Shown here: positions 1 to 15,619 of the stretch, one piece after another
Layout: every line of letters starts with the position of its first letter
Position numbering within the stretch: position 1 is the first letter of the stretch
Assembly (NCBI GenBank): GCA_964057225.1
Contig: OZ059899.1
Coordinates: 5,208,001 to 5,272,000 of the forward strand
DNA: 64,000 nucleotides
Origin: Auanema rhodensis
Taxonomy: Eukaryota > Animalia > Nematoda
Reading direction: 5' to 3'
The notes under the pieces: model-generated
Database searches by the model: none
Told to the model about the DNA's origin: nothing
What the model saw: only the letters and a program-made list of their open reading frames with translations
Position numbers and translations under genes: made by a program

Positions 1-593
1 ATATAATAAAAAATAAAAACATCATACATATATATAAATATAAATATATAATGTTTTTATTACAAATGAGAAAAAAAAGTTTAAAATGGATAAACATAAA
101 CAGGAAAAAAATAAACGTACAACGGATTAACAGTAAAAAAACAAAATTGATAAAGCACGCAGGATATAATCGCTAAACTGCGTTCTCCTTGCAATTTAGC
201 GTTAGAGCGCATTTTTATTTTTTAGTCTGCTCCTTACTAGGATAGCAATCATTAATTCTTCCATAATTTCACCATATTGTATTTTACAATTGAATATTGG
301 AACATTCCTGCGAATTTTTAAAATCATTTCATATTTTTTAATATAAGAATATTCTTATTACCTTTCAGTGGTTATCATGGGTATTCGCATTATACTCCCT
401 ATGTTACAAACAAACTTGCTTTACTCAATTTCATTTGTATTTTCCTCTTGTTCATTTATCTTTATCACCTGGTTTTGTCTCCCATAGCAACGGGATTACT
501 TTTCGATCTGCTGTAGTAATCAGCGGGCTTAATCCGCTGTGCGCACACTTTTCTCAGCTCATCATAATGCTGGTTCTTGACGTTCCTTCAGAA

Positions 594-2553
594 ATGATCG
601 TATTCCCTAATTCATTGGATAGTTGGTTTGATAAAACAACTAAATTACACTGCCAACAAGAGAAAGAAAAAGGAATTCTGACGTCAGTCTATTTTTTAAT
701 TGGCTCTTTCTGTTCGGATGGAGATATTCATGTGGCTTATCCTGTTAAATGCCCCCATCCGGAATCGGCTAAAGATTCTGTAAGTTCTAAACGTGTTAAG
801 CGGAATTTATTGAAAGAAAAACTATCTATTTGCGGAGATGAGAAGGTATGTATTATCAGAAATATGTCGTATCGTGTAGCACACTTCTCATCTGTACACT
901 TGATTCTAAGTTTTACTCTTTCTTGCACCTAGCTGTGTAATCTTCAGCATTACTTTCTAAAACTTTTGTAGGTAAACAATCATATTATTCTTTATTCTTT
1001 AGGAAGGAGATGCGCTCAGTAAATCTTTGGATGATGAATGGATAATTGACTGTGCGGGAAAAATAACAAGAATCTTACCTGGTGGTGTTAATGTTGTAGG
1101 TAAGTATTATTTCTTCAAGCCTTTTGAAAAGTATTTATGATTTGAGGAGTTGCTTGGTTCTCAAATAAGAATGTTTATGTTGAAAATAAGTCAATGATAG
1201 TTATGGCTATTGCTCGAATACAAAGAACAAACAATTCCTTAACAACACTGAATCTGGGAAATGTTCATGACTATATGGTAAATTGAAGGATATGTCTTTT
1301 TTCTTAAATTTATTCGTGATTTTCAGGGTTTAGTATTCATTGAGACACCTTTTGGCAAAGCACAGGGAACCATAGTTGATGTAGTGAAACGAAGTCCTGA
1401 AACGCCAACTAAAATATCATTTTCAGCGGTAAGGGATTGATTAAACTTTTTAAATAGCACGGTTTCACAGTTAGAATGGATATCAGTCGTAACAAATGCT
1501 TCTGCACGGGTTAATCTCAACGTTCCACTCAGAGGTCAGCAGTCCCATTTCTATAATGAGTTTGCTGCCGCTATACGTCCTTTTGCGGAAAATCTGTTTT
1601 CGTGTGATACGGTAAATCTTTTTTAAACAGAATACCATCAAATGGCCCTTATGCAGATCTTAATAGACGGAGTTTTAAGAGAGGGCACTGAACCGTTGTT
1701 TAAGGATCCTAAAAAGAAAAAATCTACTGCCGTAGATGTGCAATTATTTATTGATCCCTGTCGTATGTTATACTACTGTTTCCAAAATAGAAATGGATTT
1801 TAGATAATAAGGAAAACTCTTGTGTGCCACAGAAAGCTAGCAATCTTCATGAAATAACATTTGATGTTGAGGTACATAACACTTATACTTATAGAAAATT
1901 GAAAGAATGACCCAGATTTAAGCATTTAAACTTAATTTTAGATTCGTGGAGCTGTGCCTGTTCGTTCTAACGTAGAAGCTGTCAAAACGGCTGCTAAGCA
2001 ACACTTGATTCGTTCACTTATGGCAAGAGCCGGTATAATATTAAATATGCTTTGAAATTGCAAAATATAATATAGAATTACAATACGAATCAATGGAAAT
2101 TGTGGAAGAAACTCAAGGAAATCAAGAATGCTCAGTTCATCAGCTACCTCGCCCTGCCACAACACTTCTTCCCTGCAATGCATGTGTTGCATGTTTAACT
2201 CAAATATAGATTTATTTCTAGGGTTCTGTTTTGGTTTCTGACTACTTATTTGAGGCGGATACTATCGAAGATGCACAGAAAAATTTTGAAGAAATACTTG
2301 AATTGAAAACTAATATTGGTTGGTAAATTTGTAGATAGTTCAATATCGTTATATTACAGAGCACGTTGATGACGGATGGGAAAGAGCTCTTCTTCCTGAA
2401 GAAATGGCTTCTGTGAAAAGTCCTTTGGATGGATCACCTGTTGTATCCTATAAGATTTCGGACGATGATATATCTGCAGCACCATTCTTTATTGTTCTAG
2501 CCGTGATAGTTGCTATTATCGCTATCGTGGTTTATTTTGCTATAAGAACCTAA
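594..2553 (+). CDS. odr-4: Odorant response abnormal protein 4 (ER membrane GPCR maturation factor), multi-exon
   Basis: Exon 1 MIVFPNSLDSW...YFLIGSFCSDGDIHVAYPVKCP; exon 2 EWIIDCAGKITRILPGGVNVVG (ODR-4 motif); C-terminal TM tail FFIVLAVIVAIIAIVVYFAIRT*; CTTCAG acceptor just before the ATG. Confidence 0.9.
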
Positions 2554-2889
2554 GTATTTTTTAAACTTTCTGTGATAAATTGCATAAAAACCCTGAGAAA
2601 GGGTAATTTTTAAAATAGGGATTTTGATTTGAATCTTTTTGGGGGCATTCAATCACGCCATTACTCTCGATGTGATTTTCCGTATCTGATAACGATTTTA
2701 ATTTATTTTTCAAGAGGCTAAGCATTAAATATATGAAATATTTCTGTATATCACATGGAATGATAATGAGTTTCAAAATAATGACTATGATGAATACAAG
2801 AAATATACAAAGTCGAATAGTACGATAAAAATTCTATGCGTCGAACAAGTAGAGCTGTTATTAGGATTATATTTAAATTATTTTTTAAT

Positions 2890-3815
2890 TTAAACCATGA
2901 AAAGCCATGCTAGCATTGCAACTCCCACCAAAAGCCATATATTATTCAAAAACTCTTCTTCCTGATTCTGGCGGCTTCCAGGTTGTGCACGCTCATCCGT
3001 ATTATTACGCCAAAATGAGCCCATAAAAAACGAAATAGGAAAAACGCCTAAAACGTTATATGATGTGTGATATACATGATAATCTATAATTATTAAAATT
3101 TAAAAAATTACCGATTCCCATGGAAAATTGGACTCCCCCCGCTCCTCCACCGGAATCCCCACCCCAGCTGAATCCAGGGAACCCAGTCTGAATTAAAAAA
3201 AGACAATTGAATTCAAAATTCAAAAACATAAGTCTGATTAGACTTACCTGAGGAGCTTCAGTTCGTTGACCTCTTGGACGCGGAGGAACCTTTTCTCGGG
3301 GATCAGTATTGTCTCCACCGCGACCATATAAAGGTATCACCTTAAAAAGTACAAGAAATAAATTACGATATGCGATACGAATAAAAACCAACCTTGTCCC
3401 TACTTATAGATGATTTGCAGACAGGGCATAACTGACGATGAGGTCTAGTATCCAGCCACTGTACTAAGCAGGGCCAACAAAATAAATGACCACACATAGA
3501 AACAACAGCATCTTTAGCAGTGTCCAGGCAAATATTACATTCAAATCTGAAAAAAATTGAACATATCAAAATATGAGAAGAGCAATATTGAAAACAGCGG
3601 AACTAATGCATACTAAACATGCTTATCGATTAAACTTATTCAGCATATTTCAATGAAAACATATAGAATCGGGCAAATTGAAACGATTTAGCAATAATGG
3701 CACATATTATAATTTACCTTGCATTATCTTCTTCTTTAGGCTTAGAACTAGAGGGTTGTTCACCTCCTGCCCCAGCTTCGTTACTTGATCCTTGACTTTC
3801 AGCTGACGTGGACAT
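2890..3815 (-). CDS. rnf-5: RING finger E3 ubiquitin ligase RNF5, multi-exon
   Basis: [33 protein letters not shown]...CPVCK RING; [25 protein letters not shown]; hydrophobic C-terminus AMLAWLFMV*. Confidence 0.93.
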
Positions 3816-4106
3816 TCAGAAACACTGAAAACTTGAACATGTTTGGATACATTTAGTTTATATTAGTTTCAAGAACATAAGGGTGTATTAATAACGAAAT
3901 TTCCTATATTGAGAAGAATAATCACATGAGGCCAAATCGAACCACTTAATCGACTATTATTCAATAGCACGACGTTGCGCTGGTGCGAGCACATACGTAA
4001 CTGCGACTAAAACACTACCGCAACGTCAGCAGTATCTTGAACTTTCGAAATGCTTTTATTCAAAATCTGAATATATTTTAATTTTTCTTGCCTTTAAGGT
4101 AGTTAG

Positions 4107-5423
<1,317 letters not shown>

Positions 5424-5762
5424 AATATATGTAAAAATGGGAGCTGATCTTCACACAAGCTGTGATCATATTTATTTATTGCTTATTAATAATAATTATT
5501 TTCGTATAATCTTTAATAATTTCATAATTGTTTGAGCTCGAGTTTTATCGTAAGCCAAAAAAAGGAAAAAATTTGCCATTATTAGCAAGCTCTTGTCGTT
5601 TATTATTGACTCAATCATTTATTAAAAATATCAGAATCACTAACTACAATAAATTTTTTCTCATATTTGTTCTCAATATATTTTAGGTTTAACACCAAAT
5701 TTATCACAAAAAATTTTTGAATGTTTCATATTGGTTTTCTATAGGTTTCAATTCCCAGTGGA

Positions 5763-7426
5763 ATGGCCGATGAACAGAAGAAAAAGTTCCTTTTCGTTTG
5801 ATTAAGAAATCCAAACATTGAATTTCAGGCAGTATGGATTAATTTTTAAGGGGAAAAAAGATGAAAAACCTGTAATTAAAAAAGTTGCATCTGTATTTGA
5901 CAACGACGATGATGACGATGATAAGGTTGGTTAGTGTGGGGTTAAATATCATTATAAGCTAATAGTGTCGGACTTTACATAACCTAGATACGTTTTTTGC
6001 TTTAAATATTTATTCTTGCAGGTTGATGTATCTTACTCAACGACTTCAGCCTCAACCATAAGAATGCAGAAAGCCGCTGAGAGGCAACATGAAAGAGCAT
6101 TAGCCGAAGATCCATCTGTATTTGATTACGATGCTAGCTATGACGAAATTCAAGCTGTAAAAAATGAGAAAGTTTGATTTGTGATTCGTGGCAGTTTAGT
6201 TAAAACTTTTTTCTATAGTTAACCGAGCAGCATGAAAAAGATGCCAATCGTGAGTCGAAATATGCGGAGTTATTCATTAAAGCAAAGCTACGACGAGACA
6301 TTGGTATGACAACATCACCATTTTTATACTTTAGCTTAATATTTTACAGAAAAGCATAGTAGAGAAGATAGACAGCAACAGCAAGAAAGAATAAGAGAAG
6401 GTGAAGAGTTCGCAGACAAAGAGGTTGAGAAGATCAAAATTTAAGAGTTTATGTATTTTTTAGGTGTTTGTTACTGGTGCGTACAGAAAGAGAATGGAAG
6501 AGATTCAGAATTTCCGGGAAGAAGAAGCTTATGAAGCTAGATTTAATGGTAATGATGCAATGCTTTATTTTAATATTTAATACTCTTTCTAGATCTTACA
6601 TCTGTTGATCACCAAAAAGATTGGCGTTTTGGAATTGGCAGAATGTTGTTGAATGATGTAGCAAGAAGCGGAGTATTGAAAAAAGACGAAGAAACTTCTG
6701 AGGAACCAGCAACTTTCAGTGATCTTAAAAAGAAAGGAGTTAAAAACATTCGTAAAAGGTATTCCATATCTGGTTCTATAACATAGCATCATCTACTATT
6801 TTGCTCTATTTTATAGACAAGAGAGTCGATCTTCATCACCCGAAGCTGAGGCAGAACCAGAGCAAAAACCTAAAGATGAAGTCAAAAAGAAATCTATTTA
6901 TGATGATGATGATGATGCTCCTGTTTTCAAACCTCCTCCTATTAAACCAAAACAGAAAAATTTCGAAGGAGAACTTAAACCTGGCCTTAATACGGTTTAT
7001 TAATATTTCTCATTTATAGTATATTTTTTTTAAATTAAGGTATCAAAAAAGGCACAAACACAGGCTGAGAAATTGAAAGAAAGACAATTCACACCAACAC
7101 CTCCATCATCAGACGATGAATCGGATAGAAAACGAGATCGTAATGCTGGAGAAGGAAAAAAAGAAATTAAAGAAGAGGATATAAAGAAAGAGACTCTAGA
7201 GGAGAAGAAAGCAAAGAAAAAGGTTTGGATATTTTCAAATTTCTTTAAAAAATAAAAAAAAATAATTTAGATTGTTCGATTGAATCCAGAAGAGATTAAG
7301 GCAAAACGTTTGATTCGCTTAAAAGAGCTAGTGAAACAACGCAATGGTCCAGAAGAAATAAATGCATTCCGAGAAAGGTATCTACAGAGGAGGGATATGA
7401 ATTTCGTTGAACCACCTCTCTGTTAA
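5763..7426 (+). CDS. ccdc-55: Coiled-coil domain protein 55 / NSRP1 (nuclear speckle splicing regulator), multi-exon
   Basis: KQYGLI N-terminus; ALAEDPSVFDYDASYDEIQ and EFADKEVFVTGAYRKRMEE (DUF2040-type motifs); C-terminal FRERYLQRR. Confidence 0.88.
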
Positions 7427-10400
7427 CTGACCTCATATCATTCTATGTCTTATGTAAAATATTTTAATACAAACTTGTTATTTTGATCTTTGATTGTGTT
7501 ATGAAATAATTCGTAACATTCTACTCATAAAACATATTCATTTTCTCTTAGAATGAAATGGTTATTTTCAATTCTTCTATTTTTCGTCGATAGTTCGATC
7601 AGAGAAAAAAAATGTATTTTCCTTTAAGAGAAATTGTTTGAATCATCAATATGTGGATAGTATTCTTATCAGGGTGTAGAGCTAGCTGTAAATTTCATTT
7701 ACAATCATTCTTCAAGCAAAGGCTACTTGAAAAGATTCAGGATCTATTCATAGAGTTTTGAGTCGTCAGCCGTCCGCCCACAATAGGTGAGTGCAGTTTG
7801 GCAGAGACAGCTATATTAACTCTTGCTACTGATTATTCTTTAATTCTTATTTCCCAATATAAAAAGTAATTCAAACTTCTTATCTTTTTTTCCGGTTTTC
7901 TTTATAATGGTGTGCCATTTGAGCTCACGTCTTTGTCACCCGATGCATTGTTTGTACGAGCTAGAGAAACAGCAGTTTCTCGGAGCAAGTTTCTGTTCTT
8001 TTTCACTAAATTTTTCTTACATCGTTCTGTCTTTATAATTTTACTGTAGCAGGTTTCTTTTTCTTTCTTTTTTTCTTCACAATAGAACAAGAAAAAATGA
8101 AGAAATTGGCTGAGGTTTGTAAATCTGAAGATATGAATATAAAGAGAAAAAGAAAATACATAAAACACAGTATCTTATATTTCATTTCTCTTAATAAAAT
8201 ATGAACGAGCTAACTTTTGTGTCAAGTGATTAACAAGTTGTTCGTTGCTCTTACTCACACTTCATTGTATTTCGAGCTTCGAATTGTGATTTTTTTCTCA
8301 ATGTCACTATGAAATTACTCATTTTCACTATTTTACGCCTTATTCTTCTTTATGTTTCCATTTCTTCAAACTATAGCGTATACATATGATGCTCTTCATA
8401 TTTTTTTATTTTATGGCATTTTTTTTTGAAATAAGGTATCTCAAAAATGTATTTTCGATGGCAAATATTTGCCTTGAATGGGAAACGAATGATCTGTATT
8501 CCTTTTCTCACTTGAAATATCAATCGTATTCTTTACGATGTGAAATGGCATAAACTTTTCTTTTTTGCTTTATCGTATAAAAAGAACCATTTTGAGTATT
8601 GTTATCCAATCAGTATTTCAATATACTTCGTTTTTAAGAAAATCGTCCATTATTTTCCTCCTAAAGTTAAACCTTTTATGGTACTTCATGCTCATTACTA
8701 TAATTGAGCTATAAATATAATATTTTGTATTTTGGTATGATCATAAGATGACATGGGTTTATGTATTGTCTTTTCATGTATAGTAGAATCATATAAATTT
8801 TTATTATTTTTAAAAAAAAAGTTAACGTTAATACAATCATAGATATTTCTTGTTTTTTTTGGACATCTGAGTCAAATTCTCAAAAAAACGTTTGCCGAGT
8901 CATCTTGCATCAATAGTTTAGATATAGTATTAGCGTAGAATGTTTAAAATACTATTTTTATTTCTTATTTTGGAATTTTTAAGTGTTTAGATGCAGTTAA
9001 TTATTATTTCGATTGTCTTTATATAAATATTTCGGATGTAAATAACAGAAAACTTTGACCATTTGAGTGAGCATCTCAAGTTTCATCCACGAATCGTGTA
9101 GCTACATTGCGTTCTTGCTTTTCGATGCTGTTAGGCCAACAACACCCTTGTCAAGTGGTTCCTTCTTGGCCAAGAGTTTACTTCATCATGATGATGGTTT
9201 CCCCGTCGTCGTTATCGTCTGACTTAGCAACCATCAGATGTAATGTGATGCGTCGTCGATGCAACGACAAGTATGTCTAATGAACATACGATATTCTTCA
9301 GCACCTTTATTTGGACCCGAGCTAATTATTAGTATTGAAAGCATATTTCAAATTTTAAGGTTGAGCGGAGAAAATGTTTGAAATCCTTTTCTTTCTTCAT
9401 TCTCACTTATTAGGTTCATCTATCCTAAGTGTATTTAAATACATTGACTGATTAACCTTTTGTCCTCGTTTTTCGCCTCATTATGTCTTCACCTTCCAAA
9501 GTTGTTAAATCCTTTTTTATTTATTTCTATCCTTAGGTCATGTGAATGTTAAATTCAGAAAGAGAAAAGAAACTTTCAAAACAAACAAAAAAAAGGTTTT
9601 GGTGCATGAAGTACTCTTTTCATCCAAAACTTTCCCTTTTGTTCTCTTTTTTTTGACCTTTTGTGTCAGAAACGGAAACAAACAGTATGTTGTTTCAGTA
9701 GCTTACTCAGTTTTTCACACACAATTCTGCTTGCACACAATCCTTTAAGTATCAGTTCCACATTAAAACTCGTTCATTCGTATACTCAGAAACAAATATA
9801 TTCAGCTTTATGCTCTTCTAAAGCCTTGTTTAGAAAAATAAACTCAACAATCTGTGAACTAAGCAGATATGAAGAAAACTTGAAAATGTGAAGAAAAGCA
9901 TGAAACATTAAGCAGAAGTCCCACTTAAATTGTACGTTGTCCTTACCCCCCACGTTATCGGTGTCTATTTCATCTGATTTGTTTGCTGAACTCTCTAACT
10001 GCCTATCTCGAAATATTGAATAGGTTTGAGAGAGAAAGGGAAAGAATAACTGATTAGAGCTGAGGTGATTACAGTTGATTACATGATTTCTCCTGAAGCA
10101 CGGTTTTCTTTTCTGTCAATATCTCTTTTCCTATGCTCATGCATTTCTCTTTTCTCCCTAGGCCTATCATTTTCTTTTCATCTGATGTCTCTGGCAACTA
10201 TTTCATTCCACACTCTGTACATGTTTGTTCTACAGCTCAATGCTCTTAAAATGTAACCGAAATTCCATAACCAAACGTGGATCATTTTTTCTCTATTTTT
10301 GTCCCATCTTCTCCTTCTTTTCTCTTCCTTTTTTCCATGTTCTTTCAATCTCTTCAACCTTTTTTTTAATTTCACAGCTTAAATTCCTAATAATGTTTAT

Positions 10401-11061
10401 GTTCATCATTCTCACTACTACTTTTATGAATCAAAAGTTATTCTACTATTTTCCCACCAGTCTCTTTCCATTTATTCCGACGATGACGTCATCTGATGAT
10501 GACAAGCATTTTTGTTTCACCGTTTATATACGATACTCCTCTCTTTTCTTTTCGTTTTTGTTTTGATATCCTGCAATCTAGTGATATTTTCCTCCTTTCC
10601 TTTTGTATTTAGGCATTTCTAGTCTTTCTCTTGTTCTCTTCAATAAATTTTTCTTTCTTACTCATCTATTTCCATCTCTTTCAATTCGTTTTTTACCTCT
10701 TCCTATATTCATCCATCTGAATTCTTTTATTCTTATACAGAAATACTTTTTCTAATCACTATTTTCCTTTTCGACTATTCTTGTATACTTTTCACTTCAA
10801 GCCAGACAAACTATTTTTCAACCAACATTCAAGATTTCTTCAATCATTTAACATTACTTGTTTTCTTAGTTTTAAGAGTATGTCCATAATAATATATTTT
10901 CATATCTCGTAGATATTCCCTATTTTCCATAAACTGTTTTGTTTCCGTTATTTCATGAAACGTATAACTGAATAAATTATTTCTTTTTTCTTTTTCACAT
11001 AATATGAATCATTTTGTTTTATTCAGATATTCTATAAAAAATACAATTTATTCATTTAGAT

Positions 11062-11911
11062 ATGGCTTATTACGAAAAAGGCGAACATTACGTTCAAGAA
11101 CGACGCTACAAAAATGGATATGTAAGTTCAAAATGATATATTCCAAATTATGAAAAAGACAAAAACGAACTTCCCATGCCGGGAATCGAACCCGGGCCGC
11201 GTGGGTGAAAACCACGAATCCTAACCACTAGACCACATGGGAGGATGTTAGAGTTGTTTTTAGCTCCTTGATGTTAAAACGACAAATGTTTTTTATTTTT
11301 TAAGACAATATCTTTACAATTACAGCAAGAATGACCTAATAAGTTTGAATATATTAAAGAATTTAGTAGTCTCAAAGTTACATTTCATAGACTAAAATTG
11401 GTTTGTGATAGCTTCCATTTGCACGCATGCTTTCCTCTTATAGCTGTTCACTCACTAAATTTGGATTGAACTTCCTTTAAATTGAGCAGTCTGCTCAATC
11501 AGACAAAAACTCGGCTTTTACCCTAACATTGATTCAATATTATTCCTATTTTCTACTTTTTTGCCTTCTTTAAAATATTCGGCTATTATAAATCAGTAAA
11601 CAGTTGAACAAAGTATTCAAAATGAAAATATTCAACCTGATATGCTTTAAGAGTAAAGAAACTCTTGATGAAGAACAATGGCAACGTGAAGTTCCTCATT
11701 CCGTACGAAACGATCGATTTGCCATTGATAAGTAAGATCTTATTTGTTTTTTATTTTATTTAAAATTAAAAAATAATTTAGATATCGTGATGATGTACGT
11801 AGTAGTATTACTAACAATAATGTTCGATATGTAAAGATACCTGGAGAACGTATTGTTGATGACTATCGTCGTGTGGATTATACTAATGATGATGATGACC
11901 ATGGGTTTTAG
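11062..11911 (+). CDS. Hypothetical 89-aa protein, 3 exons (11062-11121, 11652-11731, 11782-11911); may extend further
   Basis: TTTAG acceptor 1 nt before ATG; two phase-compatible GTAAG..AG introns give an open frame MAYYEKGEHYVQERRYKNGY-SKETLDEEQWQREVP...-YRDDVRSS...DDDDHGF*. No recognised homology. Confidence 0.55.
11171..11242 (-). tRNA. tRNA-Glu (anticodon TTC)
   Basis: Reverse complement TCCCATGTGGTCTAGTGGTTAGGATTCGTGGTTTTCACCCACGCGGCCCGGGTTCGATTCCCGGCATGGGAA: acceptor stem, A box TGGTCTAGTGG, anticodon stem CGTGG/CCACG around TTC, GGTTCGATTCC B box, oligo-T terminator at 11161-11165. Confidence 0.97.
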
Positions 11912-14900
11912 TATGTTTTTTTAAAGATTTAAAGAATAAGAAATTTAAAAAGTTTGCTTAAAGAAATAGTCTTTCGAAAGCTTTTATTGAAGTAAATGTA
12001 TATAGTTATAAATGGATATATCATCATAAGGATTCAATTAATTGCAATTTACGTAACAAATTAAACATTTCATTAAATGAATTCACTTAAATTTTAATAA
12101 ATTTTGTTCGTAAGATTCTGACATCTCTGATTCATCTATTCCTCTATGTAATCTCTATTTAAGGCCATTATGGTTCATCACCATATACAAACCATATATC
12201 CGAATAAATGTGTTGACGACCATTTCGGTAGTTGTGGTCATCATCATTCTTAATCGGTTTTGTCTCTCACAACTACTTTCCATCATCCCCCCTCTCCCTC
12301 TTTTAATACTAAACAGTGCGATATTGAATCAAACATTCTTTTAATAACTAATAACGATACAATTACTGTACATAACGTAATTATGTCCTATCGAAATATT
12401 CTGTAAGTCAGATTTCAACTTTTCTTTAACTTATGAAAATTTTAAGACTTGTTTTGTGAATCTTAGGACATTTAGACTCTTCTTAGACTTATGAATACTG
12501 TCAAGAAAATGTAAAAAGAATAGTTATTCTTCATAATATTATATCTATTTTTATTATTTTCTTCGAAAAAAAAAAAGTTTGGGACATAAAAAAGAATCAT
12601 TAACATGTCATTTAATGAGACGAAATCTTGGCAATGCATTTCTTATCGGCAAATCTCATACAATCAACATTTACAATTATAAACTTGTTCGGCTTGATAT
12701 GCTCAATAACAAATTTAAGGACATAATTTATTAACTTTGTTTCATGGATAAACTAAAGCATGTTGACTATTTTCCTTGATCTCCTTCTATCCATCTCTCT
12801 TCTTGTCTAAGCTTTCCTCTTGATGTCTCTTAATCTTGGTTCTTGAGTTTTTCATTCTGAAGTTGTGTACTTCACGAATTTTTTCACATGTCATTTGTCG
12901 AGCTATTTCAATATTATAGAATAATTAAATAATTATTCACATAAAGGTCTATATATCATATGAATTCAACATGAAAATAATCAAAATGAAAATTCTATCA
13001 TTTATTAGTTTCTTGTTCTATCAATTCGAAGCCATGTACGATTTCTTCTCTCGGGCTGACATTAATGGTGACGTCATCAGCAATGCTATCTTCATTTTTT
13101 CGCGCATTTGCTTTTCCTCATATTCACATGAAACCCATCATCTTGAAGATGTATAATCGTCTTCACTATCTTCAATGTTAGTGGAAAAGTATGTATTTAC
13201 GTGAACATCCATAACATATCATTCGCTTACTCAATCCTATCGCGTCTGAAAAAAGTTTTCATTAAACCTTTGATTGAAAAGCATTTCACTTCACGAAAGA
13301 AAAAGCGTTTCTATTGACAAGTCTGCTTAATTTCATCAAACCTATGTATACTAGAAGAAGTATGTGAATGAAGTTTGCGCTATTAGGCTACACACCTTTT
13401 CTTATCTTTGATCAAGAATTAACTCTTCGCTTCCTTTCATCTATCAGCATTTTTTCTTAAATTTGTTACAAACAACTTTCACAGATTTGTTATAATATTA
13501 TTAGTATTTCGTTTTCAATTATTCATACTTTAAAGCCTATATTGGTTAGGTTTTAAGAATTGGTTTCTTATTAACACAATTGTGTATGTTTTACATTCAT
13601 TTTTGAGAATTATTGAAAACAAATTTTACTTTTGACATATCCTACTAATTGGCATATTATTACATCATGCTTGCTAGTTTGTATACGTAAATGTATTTAT
13701 ATTCTTAAATATTGGCAAACATTCCTCCTTTTCTTTGCATTATTCAGCTTTTTCATTGCTAATTATCGCTTTTCGACCTCGTGTACAACCTGTCTTGCCT
13801 TATACCGGAATATCTATCTGTTAAACTCATAATGTTTTAGTTCATTTCATTAAATATATACTCTTAACTACAAAACGACTTTTATTTTATATACAACTTT
13901 ACAAAAAAAAACAATTTCCACGTAATTCACACGTGGGATAGCACAAATTTACATTTCAAATAGCATGATAACGGTTGCATTTGTCTTTTTTCTCTTATTC
14001 TTACCTCTATTTTATAATTGTTTAAGATTTTACTTAGTTTTTCTATTAATTTTTATTCTTTTTTCATTTTTTTTGATTTTATGAACTCCGCCTTATTATT
14101 ATACCACCAAAGCAGTATAGCTCCTCCCCTTCAGAACTATCTAGCTCTTCTTTCAATTGAATTTAAAACGAAAATCCTTCTTTAGGAATCTCTTATTATC
14201 TACTTAAAACTGAAATAAAAACATTTCTATATATTCGTATTCTACTGAACATTGTGGGCTTTTATTCTCTTATTCTTAGCACTTCCCGAAGCTGTAGGTG
14301 ACCCACCTAAAACAGACTGGACTTAAACCTTGTTCATCTCTATCTCTTACCATCTCGATTGAAAGATGTTTCTGAAAGAAAACACTAAAGTGTTTCGAGA
14401 ATTCGATGAAGATGACGTGGACTCGTATCTAGAAGGAAGCGTTTGGTCCGAAAAGCCAGCGGCTGAAATGTATTGTCGTCATACTCCCGATGAAGTTGTC
14501 ACTGTATTTCCTTGCTCAACTAATCTAAGTCATTATCCAGCAACATCGTGTGAAACTATATTTACGTAAGTTTTTTAAAACTTATTTACGAATGGATAAT
14601 GAATCGATATTTTTTCAAAATTCGAACTATTGGTTTTTTTTGTTTTGTTGCTAACGAATTTTAACAAATTTTACTTTTGTCCTTGAATCTCAACCTTTTT
14701 CATATATATTCATCCATATAATTGCGAGCGTTCTTTTCACTTTTTATAATTGCCAAAAGAAAATGAGTAAAGTCTTTCTTTCAAAATATTAATAATGTAA
14801 TTTTTTAAAATTTGTGATTTAGAAGATTCATTGACCCTACATCGCTAATTCCAAAAATATTTCTGTTAGTCATGCAATAATTTGAAATATGAAAAAAAAA

Positions 14901-15619
14901 ATGTATATATTCTATTTTCGTGATTGTGTAATTCTTTAGAATCTTCTAATCCTGTTTCCTACTCTATTTTCAATGATGTTTTCCTTTTATTTGCTTTGAG
15001 AACACATGTACGTACATGCGAATACAATTTTCAGTTCACCTTATATCTTGAAAAAATATTTCACGTAAAATTTTCTTTGAAAGCAAAAAAAGAAAAGCTC
15101 ATATATTATCCGAATATGTATACAAACTTACCAAGTTTAACTGAAAACTTGTTCGACATGTTTTGATGTCTGAATGGCAGGTTTATGTGAATTTTATCTT
15201 TATTTCTTTGTAAGATTGAAAGAGAGGACTTGACATATACTCCAACAATTACCTATCAGATTTGGCTGCCGTAGTTCCGGTTCTTGAAAAATACATTATT
15301 TGTTTTAATTTTGCTAAAGAAATATAACAAAGTCTAAGATAAATCAATAAAAATATATTAAAAAAAAAAGAAAAAATTAATTTTGTATTGATATAATAGA
15401 AATCATAACTTTGATCAGTTTAATATATTATTTGTATAATATACATATATACTCATCAAAATTAATAATATTATATTGTTATATAACTATATATACATAT
15501 TAAGTGTGTCATATATTCAAAAGGAATTTTCAATTTTAAAAACCATAAATTCAATATATATATATATGGTGATATGAAATGTATACATAGTTATATAGTC
15601 AGTTCGTCAATCAGTCATA

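Noticed and set aside
435-932. 165-aa ORF as a standalone gene
   Set aside because: Only 594-779 (or to 845) is odr-4 exon 1; the rest is upstream and intronic read-through from a TTG start.
7740-9275. Possible exons ending in strong donors (AG|GTGAGT near 7787, AA|GTATGT near 9271)
   Set aside because: No consistent spliced frame or homology could be built; may be non-coding or regulatory.
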